Assembly (NCBI GenBank): GCA_965248695.1
Contig: CBDFKD010000002.1
Location: 384,001-448,000 of the forward strand
DNA: 64,000 nucleotides
DNA from: Acidobacteriota bacterium
GTDB taxonomy: Bacteria; Acidobacteriota; UBA890; WLXD01
Direction: 5' to 3'
This document shows positions 8,817-18,725 of the stretch, in pieces; position 1 is the first letter of the stretch, and every line of letters begins with the position of its first letter. The notes below the pieces were generated by a model that saw only the letters and a program-made list of their open reading frames with translations, was not told the origin of the DNA and made no database searches. Position numbers and translations under genes: made by a program.

Positions 8817-10829
8817 TTACTGTGCCACCGGTCGTGGTCGTCGTCCTTCGACGCGATCGAAGCGAATTCCCCGCACCTCACCGACCTGCACCACCAGGCC
8901 GGAGACGGCATCCTCGCTGTTCCGTTCGAACTCCAGCACGATACGGTCGCCGCGGAAACGAGCTTCGGACTCTGGCACGAGGACGATCCTGCGCCCTCTG
9001 AGGTCGAGCTCGAGGTCGCCGTCGCGAACTTCGAACGAGTAGGTGAACTCGAGCTCGTCGCTGTAGAAATGGCCGGCAAGCTCTTCGAGCTGTCGTGTCG
9101 AAAGAACGACAGGCGGTGCGGTGATCGAATCAGAGCGGGGCCCTCGCGCAGGCGGCAGACCCTCGGTGAATCGCTCGGCGAGGTACACGTCGGCGATACG
9201 GCGGGCCAAACGTCCGGGGCGGAAGTCGCTGAAGTTCGAAAGAACGATCACCGAGAAACGCTCATCGGGAAAGCGTAGGTAGTCCGCTACATACCCGACC
9301 GCTGAGCCGCTGTGCTCAACCGTGATGAGGCCGCGGTAGTCGCCCCACTCGAGACCGCCGGCATACGAGAGCTGTTCACCGTCCGTCGTCCGTCCCCGCT
9401 CTAGCAAGGTCCCGACGAGGCCACGGCCGCCCGTGCCCAGCACATTGGCATAGAAGTTCTCGTCCCAGCGCAAGAAATCCTCCACCGTACTGACGACGCC
9501 GAGATCCCCGATGACGTCCGAGCGCAGTATGTCGAGGCGGTAGCCGGCATCAGGGCGGCGAGAGTAGCCGTAGGCCAGGCCGGGCACGATCGCCGTCGGA
9601 TCGTCGTACAAGCGGCTGCTGGTCATCCCCAACGGGCCGAAGATGCGCTGCTGAGCGAAGGCGCTCGCCTTCATGCCGGACACGCGGGCGATGATCTCGG
9701 CAAGCAAGAAGTAGCCGGAATTGCTGTATGAGAAGCGCTCGCCGGGTTCGAAGTTCAGCGCTGCCTGGCGAGACAGGAGCGACAGGATCTCGCGCGAGGT
9801 GTAGCCGTGCACCCCGCCTTCCCGCTTGCCGATGAGCCCTACCAGCGCCAGATATTCGCGGATCCCGCTCGTGTGATGTAGCAGGTGGCGAATCGTGATC
9901 GGGCTACCGTAATCCGGCATCTCTGGAAGATACGCGCGGATGTCATCGCCCAGGGCCAGCTGCTGTTCTTCGGCGAGCAGGGCGATTCCCATGGCCACGA
10001 ACTGCTTGGATATCGAGCCCACCCGCAATACGGACCGCGGCGTCAGCGGGATTCCGTGATCCAGGTTCGCGGCGCCGTAGCCTCGCGCATGGACGATCTC
10101 GCCGTTGTGGAAGACACCGACCACTGCGCCTGGCGAGTCGGGCCGGTCCCATTCGGCGAGCAACGCGTCGACCTCAGGGCTGTGACTGGCGCTCGGCCGG
10201 CGCTCATCGGCGCTTGATTCGTAGTAGCTGCTCGCCTCGTCAACGATTGCCAGCGCCACATCGACATCTCCGAGCTCGCCGGGTTCCACGCGTCCGGCTC
10301 CTTTGTAGTTCGCGAACCATGTCTTGACGATCAGCAGCACGCCTGGATAGTCGGCCTCCAGCGTCTCCAGATCGCCGATCCCGGACAACGGGCCGGTGCT
10401 TTGAACGGCCAGGATCTTGTCGTCGCGCTCACCGTCGTCCACGAGCCGCAGGACGCCGATCGGACGTGCGCGCACGACGGCGCCGCGCTCAACGCGCGGG
10501 CCGAGCAGCAGCACGTCCAGCGGATCGCCGTCGCCTCCGAGCTCGCTCGGCAAGCTGGTGCGCGGAACCATCCCGTAGTTACCCGGATACGACAGGTACT
10601 GCACAACTCGCGGCCGCCCGTCGAGCTGCTCCCACTCCAGCGTGCCGCTGGTCTTGTCCACCTCCCATTTGTCGTTCGTACCGCCTGGGATCTCGACCAC
10701 CACGTTGATCGTTCCCGGGGCTGGGGAGGCGAGAATACCGTCGACGTAGTCCGGCCCGTCCTCCGCGGCGACGCGGCAACCGCCGAGACAAACCGCCGCC
10801 GCCAGCACCAGCAGGCACCCCCTAACCAA
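8817..10829 (-). CDS. Lipoprotein fusion: family I inorganic pyrophosphatase + beta-lactamase-like serine hydrolase
   Basis: Lipobox-like LGGC; PPase motifs EIPGG..K, NYG, DGDPLDV, DDKILAV; then SISK, LLHHTSG, YSN, HSG; start uncertain. Confidence 0.8.
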   Translation of the reverse strand: MVRGCLLVLAAAVCLGGCRVAAEDGPDYVDGILASPAPGTINVVVEIPGGTNDKWEVDKTSGTLEWEQLDGRPRVVQYLSYPGNYGMVPRTSLPSELGGDGDPLDVLLLGPRVERGAVVRARPIGVLRLVDDGERDDKILAVQSTGPLSGIGDLETLEADYPGVLLIVKTWFANYKGAGRVEPGELGDVDVALAIVDEASSYYESSADERRPSASHSPEVDALLAEWDRPDSPGAVVGVFHNGEIVHARGYGAANLDHGIPLTPRSVLRVGSISKQFVAMGIALLAEEQQLALGDDIRAYLPEMPDYGSPITIRHLLHHTSGIREYLALVGLIGKREGGVHGYTSREILSLLSRQAALNFEPGERFSYSNSGYFLLAEIIARVSGMKASAFAQQRIFGPLGMTSSRLYDDPTAIVPGLAYGYSRRPDAGYRLDILRSDVIGDLGVVSTVEDFLRWDENFYANVLGTGGRGLVGTLLERGRTTDGEQLSYAGGLEWGDYRGLITVEHSGSAVGYVADYLRFPDERFSVIVLSNFSDFRPGRLARRIADVYLAERFTEGLPPARGPRSDSITAPPVVLSTRQLEELAGHFYSDELEFTYSFEVRDGDLELDLRGRRIVLVPESEARFRGDRIVLEFERNSEDAVSGLVVQVGEVRGIRFDRVEGRRPRPVAQ

Positions 10830-11077
10830 GGGCGGGGCACCGACGCCATACCCTCCCCCAACGGCTGACGAGCGGTATCGGGTCACCGGGCGTGGACTCC
10901 TGTTGGCACCTCGTATCGAGGCGACTGGTGCTCGGTCGGGATCGGTGGCAGGGTACCAACCGCTCACGAACTAAGCCAAATACCGAGGGTCGGATGAAGA
11001 AGGCCAGCCCCTGGCCGTCACCTGCCGCCGCTCCGGAGAATTCGCTGAGGAACGCAACGCTCGATGACGGAGGAAAC

Positions 11078-12376
11078 GTGCTGAGACCAGTCGCTGGGGT
11101 GATCGCGGTTTCGTTGGTACTGGGGATCTCGGTTGCGTGCTCGCCGCAGCCCACCGCCGAGCCCGACGCATCTGGGACAAACACCCCTCCGGCTGAGACT
11201 GCCGCCGAGCCGCCAGAGGCTGCCGCCGGCGAGCCCACGGTGGGCGAGGAGACAGCGCAAGTCGCCGAGGTCGATCCCGAGCTCGCGATCATCAGGCTCG
11301 ACCCGAACGCCGAGGATCTCGACCTGTGGAGCAGCCTGCGTGACACCTCCGAGGATCCAGCGCGCGAGCCCGGCCCATTCCACATCGGGCGCTTCCAGTT
11401 CCCGGCGATCCACAGTTTCTTCGGTTTGCCGGTAGCTCTGACCCCGGAGGATCTCATCGCCGGCGACGTCGAGGTGGCGATCATGGGAGCACCTCTGGAC
11501 ATGGGCAGCGGCATGCGAGGCGCCAAGCTGGGGCCGACCGAGCTGCGCTCGCAGAGCCTCGCGTGGGGCCTGCCGCACATGCATGTGGGGGTGTCGTGGT
11601 CGACCGATCTCGTCGCGGTGGACTACGGGGACGCTCCGATCGACAATATGAGCACCGAGCGCAGCATGCCGCCAGTACGCCGCATGGTGCGCGAGATCGC
11701 CGAGACCGGTGCCATTCCGATCATCATCGGCGGCGACCACTCGCTCGAGTACCCGAACGTCGCCGCCGTGACCGACGTCTACGGCAAGGACAACGTCGGC
11801 GTGATCCATTTCGACGCCCATTACGACGCGGGCATCAACCGCACCGGACACATGATCGCGCACGGCAGGCCGATCCGCCGACTCATCGAGGATGGTCACA
11901 TCGACGGCAGCAACTACATCCAGGTGGGCTTGCGCGGCTACTGGCCCGGCGAGTCCGGATTCGAGTGGATGCGCGAGCACGGCATGCGCTACCACACGAT
12001 GGCGGAGATCGAGCGCGACGGATGGGCACGCGTCATGGATCGCGTGCTCGACGAGGCCAACGACGGCCCCGAGTATCTTTACATCTCGTTCGATATCGAC
12101 GTCATCGATCCGGCGTACGCTCCGGGAACTGGCACTCCCGAGCCCGGCGGCCTCACGACGCGCGAGGTTTTTCCGCTGATTCGCGGCCTGTGCGCCGAGA
12201 ACAACATGGTCGGCTTCGACCTCGTGGAGCTCGCACCGATGCTCGATCCTGGCTACCAGACGACGCTCAACGCTGACCGCGTCGTCCAGGAGTGCCTCAC
12301 CGGGATCGCGATGAACAAGAAAGGCATCGACGGTCGCCGGTATCTGAGCCCGCTTACGACCAACGACCGTCGCTGA
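11078..12376 (+). CDS. Agmatinase/ureohydrolase-family protein with lipoprotein signal
   Basis: GGDHS, DAHYD, SFDIDVIDP, PGTGTPEPGG; GGAGG RBS + GTG; hydrophobic leader ending SVAC. Confidence 0.88.
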   Translation: MLRPVAGVIAVSLVLGISVACSPQPTAEPDASGTNTPPAETAAEPPEAAAGEPTVGEETAQVAEVDPELAIIRLDPNAEDLDLWSSLRDTSEDPAREPGPFHIGRFQFPAIHSFFGLPVALTPEDLIAGDVEVAIMGAPLDMGSGMRGAKLGPTELRSQSLAWGLPHMHVGVSWSTDLVAVDYGDAPIDNMSTERSMPPVRRMVREIAETGAIPIIIGGDHSLEYPNVAAVTDVYGKDNVGVIHFDAHYDAGINRTGHMIAHGRPIRRLIEDGHIDGSNYIQVGLRGYWPGESGFEWMREHGMRYHTMAEIERDGWARVMDRVLDEANDGPEYLYISFDIDVIDPAYAPGTGTPEPGGLTTREVFPLIRGLCAENNMVGFDLVELAPMLDPGYQTTLNADRVVQECLTGIAMNKKGIDGRRYLSPLTTNDRR

Positions 12377-12418
12377 GCCGCGCGAGAATCGCGCCCTTGC
12401 CGACCGTTACTTCGGGGG

Positions 12419-15400
12419 CTACTGCGTCGTCAGTTGCCGTCCGGGAGTCCAGGACGCGCCGGCCGCGGCCAGGTCCGCCTCGAGTCGCGCCAGGTCCGCC
12501 TCGAGTAGCTCAGACAGGTCACGCACGAGGCCTTCGAAGCTCTCGGCAGCAAGCTCGAGGCTCCGCCGCTGCGTCGCTGTCGGCGTTTGACGCGTGTCCC
12601 AGTGCCCGCCGATCACCTGTCCTATGCGGCCGCGAATTGACGGCACCCTCGACTGGCTCAGCCGCTGGCGAGCGGGGTCGCCGGAAAGCCGCATCTGCAA
12701 GTCCAGGAGCCTCATCGCCAGCTGGTCCATTCTGGCGAACAGGCCGGGGTCCGCACGCGGCGTCTCGACGAGCGCCACCCGCATGTGGCGCAACCGCTCG
12801 TTGGCTCGGCGCATCTCGGCGCCGGCCCCGGCACTCCGTCGCATGAGGTCGTTTGCCTGGCGCTGGAACTCGGCGACGGCCACGAGATCTGTTTGCGGCA
12901 CGGTGTTCGGCACCGGACGGACATCGAAGGTGCGGCTCGAGCCCAGCGACTGCAGGCCATCGACGGAGACCATGAGCATCTCAACGCTGTACCGACCCGG
13001 CGGTGCCAGCGGCCCCCGGGGGGGACTGGCCCACGGCGGCGTGAACCCTGGCACGCGCAGCTCGATCGGATCCGGCGGCGGGCGCCGTAAGTCCCAGGTC
13101 AAGCGATGCACTCCCGGGCTCGTTGATCCCTCGATCCATCGAACTGCTTGTCCCCGCGCATCGCGCACCACCAACAACAACTTCGGGTCGCTCTCAACTG
13201 CCTCCAACCGCAAGCTCTCATAGCCCGGGAACGGGACGTCGTCGTCCCCTTCTCGCAGCTCACGCTCGGCTGCGCGGCGTGACTCGCGCTCGGTGATTGG
13301 CGCGTCCGCAAGAAAGTAGGTGAAGGTGGCGCCGAAGGGCGGGTTCGCGGCCACATAGGCGGTGCTGCCCTGGGTGGGGCGGCCGCGCGCCTGGCCGGGA
13401 ACCGACGGGATGTACCACCAGGCATCGCGCACTGGAAACACCCGACTGTCGCCGTCCAACGCCCCGGCGGCGATCTCGCGCAAAGGCGTGTAGTCGTCGA
13501 GCACGTAGAAGCCCCGGCCGAAGCTGGCGGCAACCAGGTCGTTGTCGCGCCGATGCAGCTTCAGATCCCGGAACGCGATCGTCGGCACGCCACGCGTTAG
13601 CTGTACCCAGTTGTCGCCACCGTTCAGGCTAGCGTGGATGCCGTACTCGGCAGCAATGAACAGCAGGTCAGGAACGACGTGGTCCTGCTGGATCGCCCAC
13701 ACGATCGTCTCGGCCGGGAGGTCGCCGACGATGAGCTGCCAGCTCTGCCCGCGATCTCGACTGACGAATATGTTGGGGCTGAAATCGCCCGTCTTGTGGG
13801 CGTCGGCGACTACGAAGACGACGTCCGCATCGTGCTGCGAGGCCTCGACATCGTTGATAAACGACAGCTCGGGCAGCTCGGGGAGAGTCGCCGCACGTCG
13901 CCAGCTCGCCCCGCCGTCCTCGCTCACCTGGATCAGGCCATCGTCGGTGCCGACGTAGAGCAGCCCTTCCACGACCGGTGATTCCGACACCGCGGTCAGG
14001 GTGGCGTACTTCGACATGGCGCCGTTGTCGTAGAGCGCATCGACGCTCCACACGCGGCCCATGAGCTCGAGCTCGTAACGATCTCGATCGCGTGTCAGGT
14101 CGCCGCTCACCGGCACCCACGAGTCGCCGCGGTCGTCGCTCCTCCAGAGCCGCTGCGAAGCGAAATACAATCGTTGCGGGTCGTGTGGGCTGATCAATAT
14201 CGGTGAGTCCCAGTTCCAGCGCTCGGGCGGGTCCCCGGCGTCGGGCAACGGCCGGATGCTGAGCGATTCGTCGCTGCGACGGTCTGTGCGCGACAGATTG
14301 CCCTCCTGAGTCATCAGGTAAAGCGTATCGGCGTCGTCCGGAGCGATCGCCACACCGTAGCCGTCTGCGCCCATCGGTACGTACCAGTCGCGGTTGCGCA
14401 CCCCCTCGACGTTCAGCGTGCGCGACGGCCCGTGCAATGTCCCCAGATCCTGGGCTCCGCCGAGGATGTCGTAGAAGGGCTCCGAGTTGCTCAGTGCGAG
14501 CTTGTAAAACTGCGAGATCGGCAAGTTGGGAAAGTGTCGCCAGGTCACCCCCTGGTCGAAGGTCTCGTACAGCCCGGCATCGGTACCGGCAAGCAGATGG
14601 CGACCGTCGTCGGGATCGATCCAGAGCGCGTGGTTGTCGCTGTGCTTCTCGCGTCCGGTGCCGAGATAATCGAAGCTGACGCCGGCATCCCGCGTCACCT
14701 GGATGAACACATCCATCTGGTAGACCAGCCGCGGGTCCTGCGGCGACGCCTCGATCTCCTGGTAGTAGTGCGGGCCCGTGCCGCCGGAGATGTAGGTACT
14801 GCGACGCTCCCAACTCTCTCCTCGGTCGGCCGATCGGTAGAACCCGCGCGCCTCCGCGTCCGCCTCGATCGTGGCGTACACGAGGTCGGGGTCGGCCGCG
14901 GTCACCGCAAGACCGATTTTCCCCACGTCGCCCCGAGGCAGCCCTTCGGTGACCTGTCTCCAGGTATCGCCCGCATCAGTCGACTTGTAGATCCCGGAGC
15001 TCGGACCGCCACCGAGAAACGCCCAGATATGACGCCGACGCTGATAGGCCGCCGCATAGACGATGTCGGGGTTCGATGGGTCGTACTCCAGGTCGGTGAC
15101 GCCGGTGTTCTCGTCGATCTCGAGAACGGCGCTCCAGGTATCGCCACCATCGACCGTCTTGTAGACGCCGCGTTCGCCGCCAGCCGACCACAACGGACCC
15201 TCCGCTGCCACCAGGACGACATCGCCGTCTCGTGGGTCGACGAGAATCTTGCCGATGTGCTCCGATGTCTCCAGCCCCATCCGCTGCCACGAGGCGCCAC
15301 CATCGCGGCTCCGGTAGACGCCGTCGCCCCAGCCGACGTGGCGTCCGCTGACGTTTTCTCCAGTCCCCACCCAGACTGTCGCCGGATTGCGCGGGTCGAG

Positions 15401-15706
15401 AGTGACGACCCCGATGGAGTAGGAGCGCTGGTCGTCGAACACCGGATCCCAAGTAATGCCCGCGTTGGTGGTCTTCCACAGGCCGCCGGAGCCGACGGCG
15501 ACATACCAGGTGCTGCGATCGTCCGGATGGACGGCGATGTCAGCGATGCGCCCGCCCATGAGTGCCGGGCCGATGCCGCGGAGCCGCAAGCTACCAACGG
15601 CGTCTGCGATTACGTCTTCATCGCCGGACTGCGCCGCTGCGCTCGAGTGCGACAGCAAAGCAATGAGAAACAACGCGAGCGTGCGACGGAATCCGAGTGT
15701 CGACAT
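12419..15706 (-). CDS. Secreted VPS10/BNR-repeat glycosyl-hydrolase-like protein
   Basis: IGPALMGGRIADI and repeated S/TxDGGxxW Asp-boxes; C-terminal coiled coil. Confidence 0.85.
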   Translation of the reverse strand: MSTLGFRRTLALFLIALLSHSSAAAQSGDEDVIADAVGSLRLRGIGPALMGGRIADIAVHPDDRSTWYVAVGSGGLWKTTNAGITWDPVFDDQRSYSIGVVTLDPRNPATVWVGTGENVSGRHVGWGDGVYRSRDGGASWQRMGLETSEHIGKILVDPRDGDVVLVAAEGPLWSAGGERGVYKTVDGGDTWSAVLEIDENTGVTDLEYDPSNPDIVYAAAYQRRRHIWAFLGGGPSSGIYKSTDAGDTWRQVTEGLPRGDVGKIGLAVTAADPDLVYATIEADAEARGFYRSADRGESWERRSTYISGGTGPHYYQEIEASPQDPRLVYQMDVFIQVTRDAGVSFDYLGTGREKHSDNHALWIDPDDGRHLLAGTDAGLYETFDQGVTWRHFPNLPISQFYKLALSNSEPFYDILGGAQDLGTLHGPSRTLNVEGVRNRDWYVPMGADGYGVAIAPDDADTLYLMTQEGNLSRTDRRSDESLSIRPLPDAGDPPERWNWDSPILISPHDPQRLYFASQRLWRSDDRGDSWVPVSGDLTRDRDRYELELMGRVWSVDALYDNGAMSKYATLTAVSESPVVEGLLYVGTDDGLIQVSEDGGASWRRAATLPELPELSFINDVEASQHDADVVFVVADAHKTGDFSPNIFVSRDRGQSWQLIVGDLPAETIVWAIQQDHVVPDLLFIAAEYGIHASLNGGDNWVQLTRGVPTIAFRDLKLHRRDNDLVAASFGRGFYVLDDYTPLREIAAGALDGDSRVFPVRDAWWYIPSVPGQARGRPTQGSTAYVAANPPFGATFTYFLADAPITERESRRAAERELREGDDDVPFPGYESLRLEAVESDPKLLLVVRDARGQAVRWIEGSTSPGVHRLTWDLRRPPPDPIELRVPGFTPPWASPPRGPLAPPGRYSVEMLMVSVDGLQSLGSSRTFDVRPVPNTVPQTDLVAVAEFQRQANDLMRRSAGAGAEMRRANERLRHMRVALVETPRADPGLFARMDQLAMRLLDLQMRLSGDPARQRLSQSRVPSIRGRIGQVIGGHWDTRQTPTATQRRSLELAAESFEGLVRDLSELLEADLARLEADLAAAGASWTPGRQLTTQ

Positions 15707-15756
15707 GGCCGGTCCTGTTGCCCGTCGCCTGACCAGGCGGCGGTTGACTTGCAAGT

Positions 15757-16359
15757 CTACGATCCCACTCTCGCGTACGGGAGGTACTTGCCGGTGCGAT
15801 CGCGATAGGTTCGATAGGCATCACCGAACCGTTCGATCAGCTTCTCTTCCTCGATGCTCGTACGCCGGACGATCAGGCCGAACGCCAGCGCCCCGGTCAG
15901 AGCCAGAAACCAGTTCGCCGTGACCAGCGAGTTGGCCAGTACGGTCAGCGCGAAAGCCAAATAGAACGGGTGCCGCACCCACCGATAGGGGCCCGTTGTG
16001 ACGAGCTCGTGCTGCGCCCGAGTCACCACCGTATCGGTGATGTTGTTCCCCAGGGAACGGAACACCCAGACCAGCAGCGCCCCGGCGCAAACGCCGATAC
16101 CTACGCCCAGCCAGCGAACCGAAGTTGGAATATCCACCTGCGACCACTCCATCCAGGCCGGGTCGACCAGGTAGGCGATGAGCCCGGCGAACCCGATCAG
16201 CCCGAGCGGTCGCAGGGTGGCAAGGATGAAGAGTCCTTCCTGGCGCCGATCGAGACGTTCTCCGGTCGCCTGGGACTTGAGACGATGGTAGATCCCAATC
16301 GGAAAGATGACTCCGAGCCCGATGATCAAGACGATACGAAAGATCTGATCGTCGCTCAT
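15757..16359 (-). CDS. Isoprenylcysteine carboxylmethyltransferase-family membrane protein
   Basis: LVTTGPYRWVRHPFY...EEEKLIERFGDAY. Confidence 0.88.
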   Translation of the reverse strand: MSDDQIFRIVLIIGLGVIFPIGIYHRLKSQATGERLDRRQEGLFILATLRPLGLIGFAGLIAYLVDPAWMEWSQVDIPTSVRWLGVGIGVCAGALLVWVFRSLGNNITDTVVTRAQHELVTTGPYRWVRHPFYLAFALTVLANSLVTANWFLALTGALAFGLIVRRTSIEEEKLIERFGDAYRTYRDRTGKYLPYARVGS

Positions 16360-16371
16360 GCTGACTCGTCC

Positions 16372-17010
16372 CTACAGGGCTTGCTGACGCTGTTGGCCTG
16401 TAACAGCATCTCCCGTCGGCAGAGCCGTCCCGGTTACCGCTCCGTACACTAGACCAGCGACCCCGAAAAAAACGGCCAAGCCCAGTGGTTCACCGAGCTC
16501 TCCGGTTACCAGGCTCGATACCCCGAAGCCCACCAGCAGACCCGCCGCAACACCGACTGCGCTGACACCCGTCCAGTTCGCCGAAGGTTCTCCGAGCTTC
16601 CGGAGGAAAATCGCCTGGCTGAACCCCACCGCACCACCTCCCACCAGCCCGAGCACCGCCAGCGCAACGACCAACCCGTACGTTCCCGTGGTCGTCATCC
16701 TCACCGGGGATCCCGTCAGCCACCCGCCGCCTTTTTCCACCAGCACCAAGGCAAACGTGAACCCTATGGCGGAGCCGAAGGCGGTATGCGCCACCCAGCT
16801 CCCCGCCGCGGCGAAATTTCGACAGACAACGGCCCACTGTGCCGTTCCGAGCAACGCACCGGCCAAGCCGGTCATCAGCGGAGTGACGAGCATCCCGCCG
16901 ACCAGAACCTCGAGCGGCGCTCCGAGCGCCAGGCCTGCCGGGATCCCGACTCCGAGGCCGAGCGCGCTAGCGAGGATCCAATCTCGCCGACTCCATTGAC
17001 TGGTATGCAT
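16372..17010 (-). CDS. Gly-rich multi-pass membrane protein, unknown function
   Basis: About 6 hydrophobic segments with repeated G..Q(W/A) units; GGAGG RBS. Confidence 0.65.
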   Translation of the reverse strand: MHTSQWSRRDWILASALGLGVGIPAGLALGAPLEVLVGGMLVTPLMTGLAGALLGTAQWAVVCRNFAAAGSWVAHTAFGSAIGFTFALVLVEKGGGWLTGSPVRMTTTGTYGLVVALAVLGLVGGGAVGFSQAIFLRKLGEPSANWTGVSAVGVAAGLLVGFGVSSLVTGELGEPLGLAVFFGVAGLVYGAVTGTALPTGDAVTGQQRQQAL

Positions 17011-17139
17011 TGCCAACCTCCCGTAGCAGCCGGAGCGTTGCGCTACTCTAGCGGCCTGCAGCAGGTATTCGCTACGGCGTCGCGGCTTCCAGGCCCGCTA
17101 GGATCCACTAGCAGCAGCCAAGCGAACAGCCCGAAGGCG

Positions 17140-17412
17140 TCACCGGCGCGGCGCGATGATCTCGGCGGCCTCGGAAGAGGTGACCACCGGCACGATCTCG
17201 AAGTCCACCAGGTCCGTCCACTGTGTCGCCCACTCATCCAGGAGCGCGCGATCGTCGCATTCCATGACCTGAAAACACCGTTTCATGTCGGCAGTGACCC
17301 AGCTCGCGACGTAGGTAAGCCCGTCGGGGAAACCGCGGCCGTGCTCGCCAAGTCGCCTGTAGACCGGCGCTGCGTCGCCGTCGCGGAACGTCTCGATGAT
17401 CATGTAGAGCAC
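17140..17412 (-). CDS. DUF3303-family protein
   Basis: YMIIETF...RCFQVME...WTDLVDFEIVPV; GGAGG RBS + GTG. Confidence 0.8.
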   Translation of the reverse strand: MLYMIIETFRDGDAAPVYRRLGEHGRGFPDGLTYVASWVTADMKRCFQVMECDDRALLDEWATQWTDLVDFEIVPVVTSSEAAEIIAPRR

Positions 17413-17497
17413 AGAGCGCCCTCCTGGCGGGGTGCGGAGAAACTACGCAGCTATTCGGCTGTCTTCCCAGCTCAGCACAGCGCAGCTGTCGTCGTAC

Positions 17498-17965
17498 TCA
17501 TAGCGCGAATCCCATGACGTATAGCGCCGTGCCGGTAGCGGATGTCAGACAAACCCCAATGAACGTCCACCTCCCCCAGGCCTTGTGCCCCGCGCTGAAG
17601 ACACCTGGAAGAGTCGTATCGAACTCCGACCAAGATCGTTTCACGAGCCATGTCCAGCTCGCCAACGACGGAATGGCGATCGTGAGATGCACTAGAAACG
17701 TGGTGATCAGCACAGCCGTGCCATCGAGGCTACTTTGACGAACCGCGGCGGTCACGCCTCCGAACCGGATATGGAGCTCGAGCACCACGACTGCGCCCAG
17801 CATCACCATCAGCAGGGCGAGCTGGAGCTTCCTGTGCGCCAAGAATCGTCCGTCGGCGGCTAGGCGAATCGCATACAGAATGCCGATTGGCACCGCGACA
17901 AACACCAGCAGCACGCTGTCGAGGAGCAGGTCCGCCCGCGTTCCGAGAAACCCGGGGCCCGTCAC
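17498..17965 (-). CDS. DUF420-family membrane protein
   Basis: 4 TM helices with conserved His (AHRKLQ, LVHL, GHKAWGR). Confidence 0.75.
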   Translation of the reverse strand: MTGPGFLGTRADLLLDSVLLVFVAVPIGILYAIRLAADGRFLAHRKLQLALLMVMLGAVVVLELHIRFGGVTAAVRQSSLDGTAVLITTFLVHLTIAIPSLASWTWLVKRSWSEFDTTLPGVFSAGHKAWGRWTFIGVCLTSATGTALYVMGFAL

Positions 17966-18014
17966 GTCGCAAACCTCGTGTCGAGCCCGAACTCCGTCTG
18001 CTCCCCTACGGTCA

Positions 18015-18725
18015 TCAACTCACCAGGGTGAACTCGGGCAGCGGCACGACGGCGCCGCCGCTATCCGCCGACTCGTGGGCGCAGATGCCCACGCAGGTCC
18101 AGTTAGCGCTGGTGACTGCATTCGGCCACGGATCGCGGTCCTCGTGCAGCGCCGAGACGAACTCGTGCGCCAGGTGCGGGTGTGAGCCGCCGTGGCCGGC
18201 GCCCTGGATGAACGACAGATGCTCGGCGTCCTGGATGGCCTGGGTGAAGCCGCGGATCTCCTCGGGCAGCAACTGCGCGAAGTCCGGCACCTCGACAGGG
18301 TCAGTGATCTCGGACTCCGGTCGCTTCGCCGTGTGCAGCACGTGTGATTCGCCCTCCACGAGAGCCCACTCGAACGACTTCTTGGAGCCGTAAACATCGA
18401 ACGACTCCCGATACTGCCGCGCCGTGTCGAATAGACAGCGCCAGACATGGGCGGCGATATCGGAGTCCTTGATCTTGATATGGCACGACTCCACGGCGTA
18501 GGGGTTGCCAGACTTGTCGGCAAGTCGCGGCGCGATAGTCCCCGAGCCGACGCACGAGACATACTCGGCGCGCCCATCGACCAGGCCGAGAACCGGCGAC
18601 ACCACGTGGGTGGCGTAGTGCATCGGAATCATGCGCTCCCAGTACTCGGGCCAGCCTTCCATGTCTTGCGGATGGGACGCCTGCATGTACTGGATCTTGC
18701 CGAGCTCGCCAGCCACGTACATCTG
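18015..18725 (-). pseudogene. 5'-truncated Gfo/Idh/MocA oxidoreductase (NAD-binding N-terminus missing)
   Basis: GELGKIQYMQASH...PMHYATH...GHGGSHPHL C-terminal half only; in-frame TAG four codons upstream of the ATG, no RBS. Confidence 0.75.

Noticed and set aside
12468-12506. 21-bp-period direct repeat GCCAGGTCCGCCTCGAGT
   Set aside because: Encodes a heptad duplication (LEADLAR/LEADLAA) in a coiled-coil tail; ordinary.
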